Of a stretch of 64,000 nucleotides of DNA, positions 12,498 to 24,130 are shown piece after piece. Origin of the DNA: Anolis carolinensis (lineage: Eukaryota). The stretch covers positions 314,783,402 to 314,847,401 of the forward strand of contig NC_085841.1 in assembly GCF_035594765.1 (NCBI RefSeq). Reading direction: 5' to 3'. Position 1 is the stretch's first letter; every line of letters begins with the position of its first letter. The notes beneath the pieces are model-generated. The model had not been told where the DNA came from. It was given only the letters and a program-made list of their open reading frames with translations, and ran no database searches. A program made the translations under genes and the position numbers.

Positions 12498-13462
12498 TCA
12501 TAGAATCAGAAATCATATTCACCCATTCCCACCCCCAAAGAGTCTGTGTAATCTTGTAAGCCACATAGGAAGGCATGAAGGAAAACAGAAAGGCTCCAGT
12601 AAGTATCCATGACGCATGTCCAAGCCGGCTAAAGTCCAGTTGAAGGGGTCAGTGGTAGCTATGATCACTACCTGAGGCATAGGGAGACCTTTGTGTGACC
12701 CCCCTCCATGCCCACCATGCAGTCCAAACTTCATGATCCGAGGGAACGGCAGTGCCTCAGCAGAGAGGCTCCGTTGACAATCAACTGTCATCTCTTTAAA
12801 TTTGATTCTTATAGGAGTAAAGATGATTCCCGGAGCGGAGGAGTCCTGAATGCAAAAAGCAGGATAGCAGTTATGCTTAGGATTAGTTCAGAAAGAAGTG
12901 GTGTGAATTTGGTGTCAATCCGTTAATATGTGGTTACGGAGGTCCTGGGATCTCCGAAACTGCGGTTTAAAGGAAACAGGCTTAGACGGCTGCTGGCGAC
13001 TGCCAGAAACCTTAGAAGGAAGAGAGTACATGGTGGGAGGCTAGTTTCTGGTGGAAAAAGGAAAAGTTCTCATGCTGCAGCCAAGGGAGATATACATAAT
13101 AACCACTATGAGAGAAGAAGGTTAGAATGAAGTGATACTTTTTATTAGGGGTTAGTTACATTGTTTAGGATCAGGGAGGGAAGCAAAAAGAGGAGATTTA
13201 AACATATTATAAGCTGCTGTTGGCACACACATTTCATAGTTGCTTGGTTCAACAGTGCTTTTCTTCGGATCTGTGGAACTCCCTGCTGCAGGTCCGATTA
13301 GGTTAAGTGCAGGGAGCATTTTCTCGACCTCAGAGGTGGTTACAGCCAACAGGAAGCCCTGGTGTGGGCTAGTCCATGAGTTCACAAAGAGTAGGAAGCA
13401 ATTGAACAAACAATCACAACAACAAACAAATGTGTCATAATTGTGCTTTATCAGTCTTGTGT

Positions 13463-13850
13463 GATAGAATCATAGAATAATAGAATCACAGAATTAGAGT
13501 TGGAAGAGTCCTCGTGGGCCATCCAGTCCAACTCCCTGCCAAGAAGCAGGAAGATAGCATTCAAAGCACCCCTGACAGGTGGTCATCCAGCCTCTGTTTA
13601 AAAGCCTCCAAAGAAGGAGCCTCCACCACACTCTGGGGCAGAGAGTTCTCTCCAATCTGTTTAATTGTTTTGAATTCTGCTCCTGTCTTCTGGAGTAATG
13701 GCTATCCCTCCCTATTTGGTATCATCTGCAAACTTGATGATCATGCCTTCTAACCCTTCATCTGAGTCATTAATAAAGATGTTGAACAGAACCGGGCCCA
13801 GGACGGAATCGTATGGCACTCCACTTGTCACTTCCTTCCAGGATGAAGAG
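13463..13850 (-). mobile_element. CR1 LINE fragment with internal deletion
   Basis: (ATTCTATG)-type tail and CR1 3' end (13463-13649) joined directly to an RT core segment translating [39 protein letters not shown]. Confidence 0.85.
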
Positions 13851-13913
13851 GAATCATTATGATCATAATCTACGAACACTTATACTACCAATGTAGTTTT
13901 CTTATTCTCTGAA

Positions 13914-14051
13914 GCCCCTTACACACAATTATATAAAACCCACATTAAACTGGATTATATGGCAGTGTGTACTCTGATAACCCAGTTCAAAGCAGATATT
14001 GTAGATTATCTGTCTTGATATTCTGGGTTATGTGGCTGTGTGGAAGGGCCC
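13914..14051. mobile_element. Harbinger-like MITE
   Basis: Ends gccccttacacaca / gctgtgtggaagggcc. Confidence 0.6.
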
Positions 14052-14382
14052 TGAGGTGCTTAAGATCCCTTTGCACACTCCTCTGAAGAAGTCTTGCCAA
14101 GGAAGGCTCACTTTAAAATAGACCTAAATTGGAAAATACTTGAAAGGAAAAACAACAAGTGGAAGATGATAGACCTCTCCACACCACTTGTTGGGCAATG
14201 GGAGTGTTATTGTGCTCAAGCCTTGCTTTCGGTTTTGCAGACAGTTTCTCAATAACAGCTATGGAAACAATGCTGGGCTACAGAACCATTATGGCATCAT
14301 CACAGCTATTGTTATATTCTTCAATATTAAATGGTAGTGAACATTATACTGAATTTGTAAGCATATAAAAGGACTAAGCAAA

Positions 14383-14402
14383 CCTTTCTTTCTTTCTTTT
14401 TT

Positions 14403-14452
<50 letters not shown>
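14383..14452. repeat. (CTTT)n microsatellite
   Basis: Direct reading. Confidence 0.95.
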
Positions 14453-14453
<1 letters not shown>

Positions 14454-17277
14454 CCAGTTGTACCACAACCTATTTTCCTTTTACTGAGCCTCCGGTGTGT
14501 TTTCCATTCTCTGAAATGCTGCCAAGATTCTGTCTAGAGGCTATCTGAGGGAACCTGACAGAGGCCAAACTGCCATGAAGTTAATGCGAAGCCTCTTCCT
14601 TCTCCCCCTTCCTCACAAAAAAAACCTTTAGCCTCATGGAAACTGTCTACCTCTCTTAAAGCTAGAAGATTAAGAAGAAGGCTCTCTGTCAGGGTTACCC
14701 AAGGAGCCTATTCATTCTTGTCAACAGCTGCTGCTGAACTCCCTGTTCAATGCATTGTCTATCTTCATCTTTACTTGCTCTCCTGGGACCTCCCCACCCC
14801 CAAGTGCTCTATAAAGCAGCTTTGTGCATATGGGAGGGGGCAAGAATGGAAGGTTGGTAAGGAAAGAATTTTCAAGAATGTACAGTAATGTTTTAATAAG
14901 ACTACTTTCTTCAAATGCTTTAAAATATATTTAATGATTATCTTTCAATTGGTTTTAGTGTCAATAATTTAATAGCATTTTAATGCTGATCTTTTGTTTT
15001 TCTTAGCTCTGTTGCACTGGTTTTATTTTGTAAGCTATTCTGAGTTCTGCTTTAGAGGGAAAGGTAGGATATTAATAAAAACAGCAGAGGAAGACAACCC
15101 ACTTCTGAGTATTCCTTGCCTAAGAAAACCCCATGAAATTCATGCTGTCTCCATAAGTCGACAGACAACTGGAAGGTACATCATGTGCACATACAATAAT
15201 AGTGATGTTGTTGATGATGATGATGACAGTGACCAGCTCTTTATTCACAATGAAATCAAAGCACGGCCAACAGAGACAAGCATATTTTACAGCCTGGGTT
15301 TTGCTTGGCAAAATGTTGAATCTGTGGGCACGATTTCAGCAACTTTCCTTATCTTGGCATCTTCCAAATGTGCTATACCACAAATCCCAACACACACACA
15401 CACACACCAAGACCAATCTCAGGTGAGGTTGAGCTGATGGACGTTTTGCCAGAATATCTGTGGAAAAGTGTAAAGTTTAGGAAAGCAGAACTAGGGTAAT
15501 GGTAAGGATGGAAGAAAATAGGTCAGGGATGGGCAACTGTAGCAGGTGGAAAAGCCACTTTTCTGCATTTGGAACCTTCTGGGGGCTGTCAAAAATGTCA
15601 GGAAAACCAATGTACAAATTATCAAATCCAGAAAGAGGCCAATCAACAATCTCTGGTTTTAAAAATGGGATTGTTGGATATTAAATTGAAGGTGGGGGGT
15701 TGTGATCTATCTAAAAGGTGAATTACTACTTTTTCAGGACTGACAATATCCCCTTTTTGAGTGGACAGAAAAAAGACGGTCCTGGATTGCGGTTCCATGA
15801 CTTTTTCAGTCATGGAACCTTTCAGAAGATATTTTCCTGCTGAACCCTAACTCTGTCCTTAAGCACTTTGAAGCCAAAAAGTTCTTCCTTCTTTCATCTA
15901 CACCTATTGCCTGAGTATTTTGTATAATGTAGTATATTGGGAAATAAAAAGATTAACATTTTATTTTCAAAGCAGATAAATCTCAGTTTCAATAAGATCT
16001 TCATAGTCTGCCATGGGCTTTTTAAAAAAGGGTTTTTAAAAAAGAGATTTTCAAGATTTTTCGTGGGACCCCAATGATGCTTTTGTGGAACCCTGGGGTT
16101 CCATGGAACACAGTTTTGGAACTGCTGATCAAGAGAGGGTGAAGGTCATGAAAACAGCCTTGGAGAGCTGTATATCAGCTGGACTTTAAGACAGTCTTTG
16201 CACCATGTTCTGAGTTAGGTCTCTATACTAGGCAGATGGGTTTTGTTAGAACCATAGACAAACACTGACAGCTGTCCAGCAATATAGAAAGTATGCATTT
16301 GTGTGTGTGTGTGCTTTTTTTTGTTTTTTACATTAACATGACAGGAAAAGAGTTAAAGAATAGGAGGGGAAAGTTGCATCATTCCCATAGACATGCATAC
16401 CTTATTGCAGCCCAGCCCAAGAGCTCCCCATTTAGCTGGCCATGGGGACTTGGTTTGCTGGCCAGGGATCATCTGGGTAGGATTAGTTGGTCAGGGGCTC
16501 AGTTCCATCACAGAGGATGTTAGGCCCTTTCATCAAAGGGGCTGGAATGCTCCTCTGTTCTATACCATGCTGCATCATTTACTACCAATAAGATTTATCT
16601 TGTAGAGCGATATGTGTCAGTGTTTGGTACCAATCAAAGTCTGGAGGGAAACCTGGGCTCTTGAACCAAGCTCTTGAACCAAACTCACCAGAACAGACTG
16701 ACAGGCCAAGCTGCAGGTTGAATTCTGGTTCAGGCTGTTTGTCACAGCTCAAACTCTCCACCTTCCTCTCGCTACTGCTGCCACTGCCATCTGGAAAAAA
16801 TCAACACCTTGTCTTAGATACTTGTCTACTTTCTTAATTTTATTCATTCCAAACATTGAAAGGTGGAGGATGCCATAGCAGCAATAGAGGAAGAGTGGGA
16901 TCCAGTGGGCCATGACTTAAAATACAGAGCCTTATAAAATTGTTGTTTTGGACTATGACTCTCACATACATCCCCACCCCCAGAAATTATTCTAAGCTCT
17001 GCTTTTCACATCATCCCTCTGTTGACCTCTGACGATGCATTCATACACAATGAGCTGCTTTTGTATTAGATTGCTCTTCTTTCTGCCAAAGAATAGGTGA
17101 ATGCCCATATGGCACATAAGATGCATCTCCTTCTTGGCCTCAATGCACTGGCAAAGATCCACTATAATTTTCATTCATTTACACAAAATATCCTCTTACC
17201 TCCACAGGGCTGCTGATACTCTTGACACAAGGTAGATTTGAAGTTACATACCATTCTATTATAGCATTTTGTTACTA

Positions 17278-17884
17278 TTGAACTGTCATAGGTCTGCCGC
17301 AATATATGGAGCTGAATGTTGCCTGGTAACAAAGAAAGCAGAATGCCACCCAGGTGTTATGGTGATGAAGATGTTACGACTTACATCTGGCATCAAATGC
17401 TTTGAGCACATCCGCAATGATGACATCTGTTACTGTTACAATATCTGTTGATACTGTTACTGTTAAAAATGTTGATGTATTTTATGTGTTTTTATGTGCT
17501 GTTGTGTAAGCCGCCCCAAGTCCCTTTTGGGAGACAGTGGTGGGATATAAATAAAGTTATTGTTATTATTGTTATTATTATTATCCGGCAACACTTTCAC
17601 ATTGGTTCAATTGCTGACAAACTATAAGAATCACACCTCAGATGGTATGGTCATACTCTCTGAGGTAAAGATGAGTCCATTTGCAAGATTGCTTTTGATG
17701 CAGATGTGCCTGGCAAGAGACCAAAGGGATGACCAAAGCAACGCTGGCTGGACACGTTGCACAATGATCTGAAGACTACTGGCATACACCCTGATCAGGC
17801 GCATGACCGGGTGAAATGGTGCCAACAAACCAGTATAGCGAACCCCGTCATCAAGTGGGACAAACACTGAAGAAAGGGAAGAAG
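17278..17884 (+). mobile_element. 5'-truncated RTE-clade LINE, interrupted by an L2 3' tail
   Basis: Translates ..AIYGAEC.LVTKKAE..MKMLR.TSGIK.FEHIRNDDI | RQHFHIGSIADKL*ESHLRWYGHTL..GKRPKG*PKQRWLDTLHNDLK..HPDQAHDR; (GAA)-type tail. 17-bp TSD atagcattttgttacta at 17261-17277 and 17885-17901. Confidence 0.9.
17428..17582 (+). mobile_element. L2 3'-tail fragment nested in the RTE
   Basis: tgtaagccgccccaagtcccttttgggagacagtggtgggatataaataaag followed by (TTA/TTG)n; splits the RTE frame at gacatc|cggcaa. Confidence 0.8.
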
Positions 17885-18654
17885 ATAGCATTTTGTTACT
17901 ACAATAGCTGCTGTGGCTCGACAATAAGGAATCCTGGGATTTGTTGGGGTTTTTTGTGAGATATCTAGAATTCTCTTCTAGAGATGTTTGGTCCATCACT
18001 AAACTACAAATCTCAGAAAGAGCCTTGACTCTTAAAGTGTTAACAAAATGCTATAATTGCCTAGTGTGAAGGAGGCCTCTATGCATTATGAAGTTCATTT
18101 CCATTCACATGCATGACTTTGTGGGGGAGGATGCAAGGGACTATCCTCTAGCCCTTTTGTTGTTCTTGTGCACTTTCTAGTCATTTCTAACCTAAAGTGA
18201 ACCTACCACAGAGCAAGATTTGTTCAAAAGAGGTTTGCCTTTCTAAGACTGAGAGAGGGTGACTTGGCCAAAGCCAATAAGTAGTTTCATGGCTGATTCT
18301 AATGTTCAAACCACTATATCACACTGACCAAAACCTACACACATGTACACAAATGTCAAGTCCAGGGAAAATCTGATGCTTCATACCACCGGAGAGATGA
18401 GAGAGTGGGAAGTGATTATTAGTAAACTGGCTCGTCTTAGTTTAAGCATAGTAGAAGGAAATGAGAGTTACTCGCAAATGGAGTACACCCATTCATTCCC
18501 TTCCCTCAGATATTTGGTTTTGTTGTGTGCCTTCAAGTTGTTTCTGATTTATAACCACCCTAAGATGAACCTATCATAAGGTTTCATTGTCAAGATTTAT
18601 TCAAAGGAGGGCTTGTCACTGCCTTCATACACTGCCTTAAGACAGTGTATTTAT

Positions 18655-18910
18655 CATGTACTGTATTTAATTTTCGTATCAGAAGTGAACCGAGGATACA
18701 GTTGTAATGTATTTAAAAACACAAACACAGTTAAAAAACATGACATTATACTAAATGTCATTTGACTAATAGCTGGCCACTTGGAGTGCCTCTGGTGTTG
18801 TTATAAGAAGATCCTCCATTGTAACAGATGATCTGTGGTTTGCTCTTCTCCACACTCGCATGTCGTGGACTCCACTTTGTGGCCCCATTTCTTCAGGTTG
18901 GCTCCACATC
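18655..18910 (-). mobile_element. Vingi/ingi-like LINE 3' end
   Basis: Minus strand translates ANLKKWGHKVESTTCECGEEQTTDHLL..MEDLL.TTPEALQVASY, a C-terminal Cys/His knuckle typical of Vingi/I-group ORFs. Confidence 0.7.
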
Positions 18911-20568
18911 TCATAGTTCAGTGCCTTCTAAGTCACCCAGTTTTCTATGTACCCAGGAGAGAGTGTCTCATTCGAGAGACTATCAGCCACGAGAAGATTC
19001 CCTGTTTCTCCTGAGAATCTGAAGAAGATACTATGGCACAACATCACTGTAGCAAGGAGCAGCTTTTGATACCATATTTCAGCTTCCTGTGGGCAATAGA
19101 CCCCTATGTAAATCTTCTTTCCCCCTCCATACAGTTACCTTGGAGAAATTATTTTTGTGAACCACAACTTTATATCTGAATTTTATAAACTGAAAACACT
19201 AGTGATGATACTCCCATGGCTATGCTTATTGGAGAATGCTGGGAACTGCAGTCCAAAAGAAAACAGTAAATTATCCAAGCTTTATGTATAAGAAAAAAAC
19301 TCAAAAAGCCTTGACGGTTCAGGCTAAAGCTCTATCTAGTCCAAGAGTACGTTGTCCATGGGCCACATACAATCCTTTAAAGTCACCTACCATAAATTCC
19401 ACCCTACTCAACCATAGCTGTGTTCTTTCCACTCACAGTGACCTTAAGTCAAGTGGCATAATTTTTTCCAATTAGTTAATAAATGTGCAAAAGTTGCAGG
19501 GGGAACCCCCCTCCCATCTTGCATTATCCAAGTTCTACCCCTGTTTAGTGCAAACCAGAGTATATCTTATTGCTCAATACCCTCTGCAGCCTAGAACATA
19601 CAGTACAAAATAAACAGTAAGGACCAACACAGGGAAATGTAAGCCTTTTGCACAGCAGGAAAAAGTGTCAGAAGTGCCAGGACAGATCTAAATGGAACAG
19701 GCTTTGGAGTGAGTTAACAGTTTTAAACCAAATCAGGTACATGTGCAGCTAGCAGAAACATGAGAATAAAACAATATTAAAAACGAAGATTATAGAGTGG
19801 AAATTTCAGTCTGGAAGTCTCTCCCCTCCCCCAAGTTAATGTAACTATAAGCAAGAAGCAAGTGCCAGAGGAAATGAGAATTTAAGAAAACTTAAGACAA
19901 TCTGGCAGAGTCCTGAAATGAAATGGTTTAAATTTGGGAACCACTGCCCTAATAGGAGAAAATACACAAAACAGGATCAAATATTAGCTGAGGAGAAGAG
20001 TACACAAATGCTCAAACCATCTCACGGTAAGTTAAATATCAAAGTAGGTGTTGAGTCAAAATGACAAGGTTAATCATGGATTAGAATGTTTGGGAAAGGA
20101 ACTTTCTGTCAGTGATGATAGCATCTTACTTTATGTAGAGCAGTTTTTCTCCATATTTTGTTACCTGCAGCCCACTGTTTTTCCTAGATTAAAATGCTGA
20201 TTGATTGATTTAACAACTTACCGGTACCTTTCTTTCAGCACATGACCTATGGTCATACCCTGTTTAAAGCAAATATGAATAGAATTCCATTTTTATCAGA
20301 AATTTTGGTCTATATTCATAAAGACAGGTACAGATATATGCTCCATATTTCCCTAAGCAGTTCAAGGCTCTAGGGACAGCAGCAGGTGGTATTTTCTTCT
20401 GAAAAGAGAATTTTGGATACTTAAAGCATATTTGCCATATTTGCTTTGTATACAGCATGCAAGCAGAGAATCAATAGAGGCTTCCCCATAAAGCATCCGA
20501 CTTTTTATCCTGACTCCTAAATTGCTTTCAGCCAATTCTTTACTCTCATTTACTAGTCTATATAAATA

Positions 20569-20891
20569 CAGTAGAGTCTCACTTATCCAACATAAACGGG
20601 CTGGCAGAATGTCGGATAAGCGAATATGTTGGATAATAAGGAGGCATTAAGGAAAAGCCTATTAAACATCAAATTAGGTTATGATTTTACAAATGAAGCA
20701 CCAAAACATCATGTTAGACAACAAATTTGGCAGAAAAAGTAGTTTAATGCACAGTAATGTTATGTTGTAATTACTGTATTTATGAATTTAGCACCAAAAT
20801 ATCATGATATATTGAAAACATTGACTACAAAAATGCGTTGGATAATCCAGAATATTGGATAAGCAAGTGTTCGATAAGTGAGACTCTACTG
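20569..20891. mobile_element. Tc1/mariner (pogo/Tigger-like) MITE
   Basis: Perfect 19-bp TIR cagtagagtctcacttatc; TA TSD on both sides. Confidence 0.92.
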
Positions 20892-21178
20892 TACCAACAC
20901 CTTTCCTTTTCCCCTTTTTTAAAACTGCAGTTCCCAGAATGCCTTTGCTCAATGTTACCCCCTGAATTGGAGCTGTTCACTGCCAATGAACTGGTGCTCT
21001 CCAAAATTTCCAGGAAAGGAAGAAACAGTTGTAGCCAATGAGCAGAAATGTGGTGCTGGTCCCTGGCTTTCGGGCAGTGTTGGCCAGGGGGGAGATAACA
21101 TGTAGCCTAAGAAGTGGCCAGCAACACTTCCAAACATGCCCATCTGCACAATCACAAATGGAGTACATCAAGCTCGGA

Positions 21179-21179
21179 C

Positions 21180-21263
<84 letters not shown>
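21179..21263. repeat. Compound (TTG)n(TTA)n microsatellite
   Basis: Direct reading; explains the poly-V/I/L/T ORFs in the track. Confidence 0.95.
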
Positions 21264-21264
<1 letters not shown>

Positions 21265-21390
21265 GCGGTTTGAATCTGAGGAGCAGGGTGAGCTCCTGTT
21301 GTTAGCTCCAGCTTCTGCCAACCTAACAGTCTGCAAACATGTAAATGTGAGTAGATCAATAGGTATTGCTCAGGCGGGAAGATAGCAACA
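21265..21390 (+). mobile_element. Sauria SINE fragment
   Basis: ggtttgaatc..gggtgagctcc.ttgttagctccagcttctgccaaccta..aacatgtaaatgtgagtagatcaataggta matches the reverse complement of the copy at 57088-57378. Confidence 0.8.
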
Positions 21391-21409
21391 ACCAATATAG
21401 TAAAGAGTT

Positions 21410-21822
21410 CTGGAAACTGAGCCCCATGAGAAATGGGCTTGGGAGCAGGGTATATTTACTTTGGAGTCGACTGAGTGGTGACATGATTAACTATTTACAG
21501 GGATGTGATGTAGAAGGTGGGGGTAAACATTTTTTTTCCTGCTGCTCCAGAAACTGAGACATGAAATAACGAATTCAAATGACAAGAAAAGAGATGCCAC
21601 TGAAACATTAGGAAAAACTTCTTGATAATAAGAACTATTCAAGAGTGTAATAGATTGCCTTGAAGAGTCGCAGATTCTCCTACTTAAGAGGCTGGATTTG
21701 CATTTCTCTCAAGTGCTTTAGTTATGTGAATACAATTCCCATGAGTGTTTTAGTTGTGTGGAGTAGGGGTTGGACTAGATGGTCCTTATTTCCATCCACT
21801 CCATGAGTCTATGATGCTATGG
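21410..21822 (+). mobile_element. Old CR1 3' end
   Basis: aacattaggaaaaacttcttga...gggttggactagatg..., with a degenerate ctatgatgctatg tail. Confidence 0.7.
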
Positions 21823-23290
21823 TACAGCACTGTGATATGAATGAAGTTGAGCCTTTTTTTTTTTGCTCCCTGCCCCGTTTTTAATACATTTGAGGCCCAA
21901 GTTCTTTCCATTCACAATAGTACAAAGACTGGCAGTTTGTCAGTCCCAGTGGGCATTTCCTCCCATTGCAAACTGCAGGTATGTAGAGGGTGGTTCAGTT
22001 CAGCTCAGGCCCAGGCTGTGTTCAAGGACCCCCTACACCCACATTCAGCTCAGCCCCTTATTCTATTGCAGATTTGCTTCCTGCCCCCCCCCCCCCCCCC
22101 CAATGAGCTCTCCCGGGACAAGCCATGTTGTGCCACAATCCAATGAAGCATAAGGCTCACTGGCAAATAGTAACAGCATGTGCAATCTTTTTGTTGTGTG
22201 TGGAATCATAGAAGTTGTAGTTTTACAACTTTTCTGACAAAGAGTATGGGTGCCTCCGTGAACTACAAATCCCAGGATTCCATTGTTTTTTTTTAATCCA
22301 TGACCGTTCAAGTGGTGTCAAGCTGCATTTATTCTGCAGAAAAAGAAGCTGAACATTTGGAGCTGTTGCAAGAAAGGTAGCATCTAAAAGGTTCAAACAG
22401 ATTATTGCTCCCATCACTGGAATTACAACTATTTGGATAACATGTGCGTTTTGTTTGATAATGATATTCCACCCATTATTTCAAAAGGTGCTCAGAAACA
22501 GAGAGAAACAGTATCACATTGGTGAAAAGCGATGCATTTGAAGGGAACCCAAACAAACAGGATTGCCTGCCACTTGACACTTTTTCCAGAACACTGATAT
22601 GTCAATAAAGATTATGAATTTCCTCCCATCCTAAAAAAAAACACCTTTGAAATGTAAAAATTCTTTGGCATTGTCAAGGATGGCTATTCGTTTCTTGTCG
22701 AGGGGAAGAACATAGGCTTGTGTTACTTAAAATAAAAGCCAAACATCACTCAAAGCTAAATCACAGGTGTTACCATCATTAGTGGAAGCTAAATAAAATC
22801 AGATACAAGGGAAGCCCATTTAGGAATGGGGAAGTGAATGGCAAATATACCTGTTGAGAAAAGTGAGCCCTCAATCTGTAGTGATTTCAGCCAGGACCTC
22901 GGTTAGAGAAGTCCATGTTTGATAAGCTTCCGTGAAACCAGATCAGCCAGGACAGAGAAAAAGCTTTCTGGATTGAAGGCAAAGTCACAGAGGTTTATTA
23001 CGATTTGTCCAAAAGGATGCAAGTAAAAACAATAGGCTTCAAAAGGTACCAGCATAAATTCACAAGCATAAATTCACAGAAAATTACATGACATCTTATA
23101 CAGTTCTGACAGCTATTCAGATTTCCCATTCCCTCCCCTGACTGGCTGAAAAGCGAGGCAGGCTAGGACCCATGCCTGGATTAGTCTGGGGTTCCCATGG
23201 TTGGAAGAAAGATAGTTGGTGGTTGGACAGTTTAAAGAGCCAATCCGTTGGGAAGGTACAATCCAGGAGGAAGTGGTGACGTGAGTATGC

Positions 23291-23500
23291 TAGAATCATA
23301 GAATCAAAGAGTAGTAGAGTTGGAAGAGACCTCATGGGCCATCCAATCCAACACCCTGCCAAGAAGCAGGAAATCGCATTCAAAGCACCCCCGACAGATG
23401 GCCATCCAGCCTCTCTTTAAAAGCCTCCAAAGAAGGAGCCTCCACCACAGTCCAGGGGAGAGCGTTCCACTGCTGAACAGCTCTCACAGTGAGGAAGTTG
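23291..23500 (-). mobile_element. CR1 3' end (young)
   Basis: tagaatcatagaatc tail; translates NFLTVRAVQQWNALP..VVEAPSLEAFKERLDGHLSGVL. Confidence 0.9.
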
Positions 23501-24032
23501 TTGCTGATGAGTTCCTGATGTGTCCAGTTCCATGTGAAACAAAAAAAAAAAAAGGTGCAAGATCCAAAATACAAAGATGTTGATTCCAGACAATCAAGGG
23601 CTTGGTCACCCGTATACAGAGTTAATGAATTCATATTTGCTGAGCTCCCTCTTCTGTGGGAGTGGCAGACTCTCAGCCTCAAGTTGAATAACAAACATCC
23701 TGGGCTTATGTTGGTCTGCATTCATACACAAGGTTTTGATTTTGGGAAATAGCTGGAGGGACCCTGGCTGTGATTTCCTTTCCCAAGGGATTATGCAAAC
23801 TGAGGCACAGAAAGATGACTGCCTTCTAGATACATTCTGATACATTTCATTTGATACAGTTTTTTTCATCATCATCATCAATAATACAGTTTATACTTTT
23901 AGGAACTGACACAGTACACAAAAGAAACAAGTTATACAAAAATCATCAATTTGATACAGTTTGTTAAAGGGTTAGATATGATAGAGATTTTAAGGTACAG
24001 CTTCTGCTGGGTCCATTCTGGAACCTCTACAG

Positions 24033-24130
24033 CAGTGGTTCTCTACCTGTGAGTTCCCAGATGTTTTGGCCTTCAATTCCCAGAAATCCTAACAGCTGGT
24101 AAACTGGGGATCACAGGTTGAGAACGACTG
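24033..24130. mobile_element. hAT MITE (internally deleted)
   Basis: TIRs cagtggttctctacctgtg / cacaggttgagaacgactg; TSD ctctacag/ctctagag. Confidence 0.85.

Larger units (their letters stand above)
9883..13332 (-). mobile_element. Long ERV solo LTR (~1.8 kb) interrupted by the L2 insertion
   Basis: Minus strand starts tgaggtcgag and ends ctcgatttca (compare tgtgatcgag...gtcgataaca of the 38117 LTR). Contains CCAAT/GC boxes, gcgggaaattcaa, tataaa and tcctttccagctgtatcgcattaaa in the same order as that LTR. Flanks gggg/gagg could be a 4-bp TSD with one mismatch. Confidence 0.6.

Noticed and set aside
20977-21385. ORFs with poly-I/T/V/L runs (also 10757-11014 and 45534-45722)
   Set aside because: Translations of trinucleotide microsatellites.
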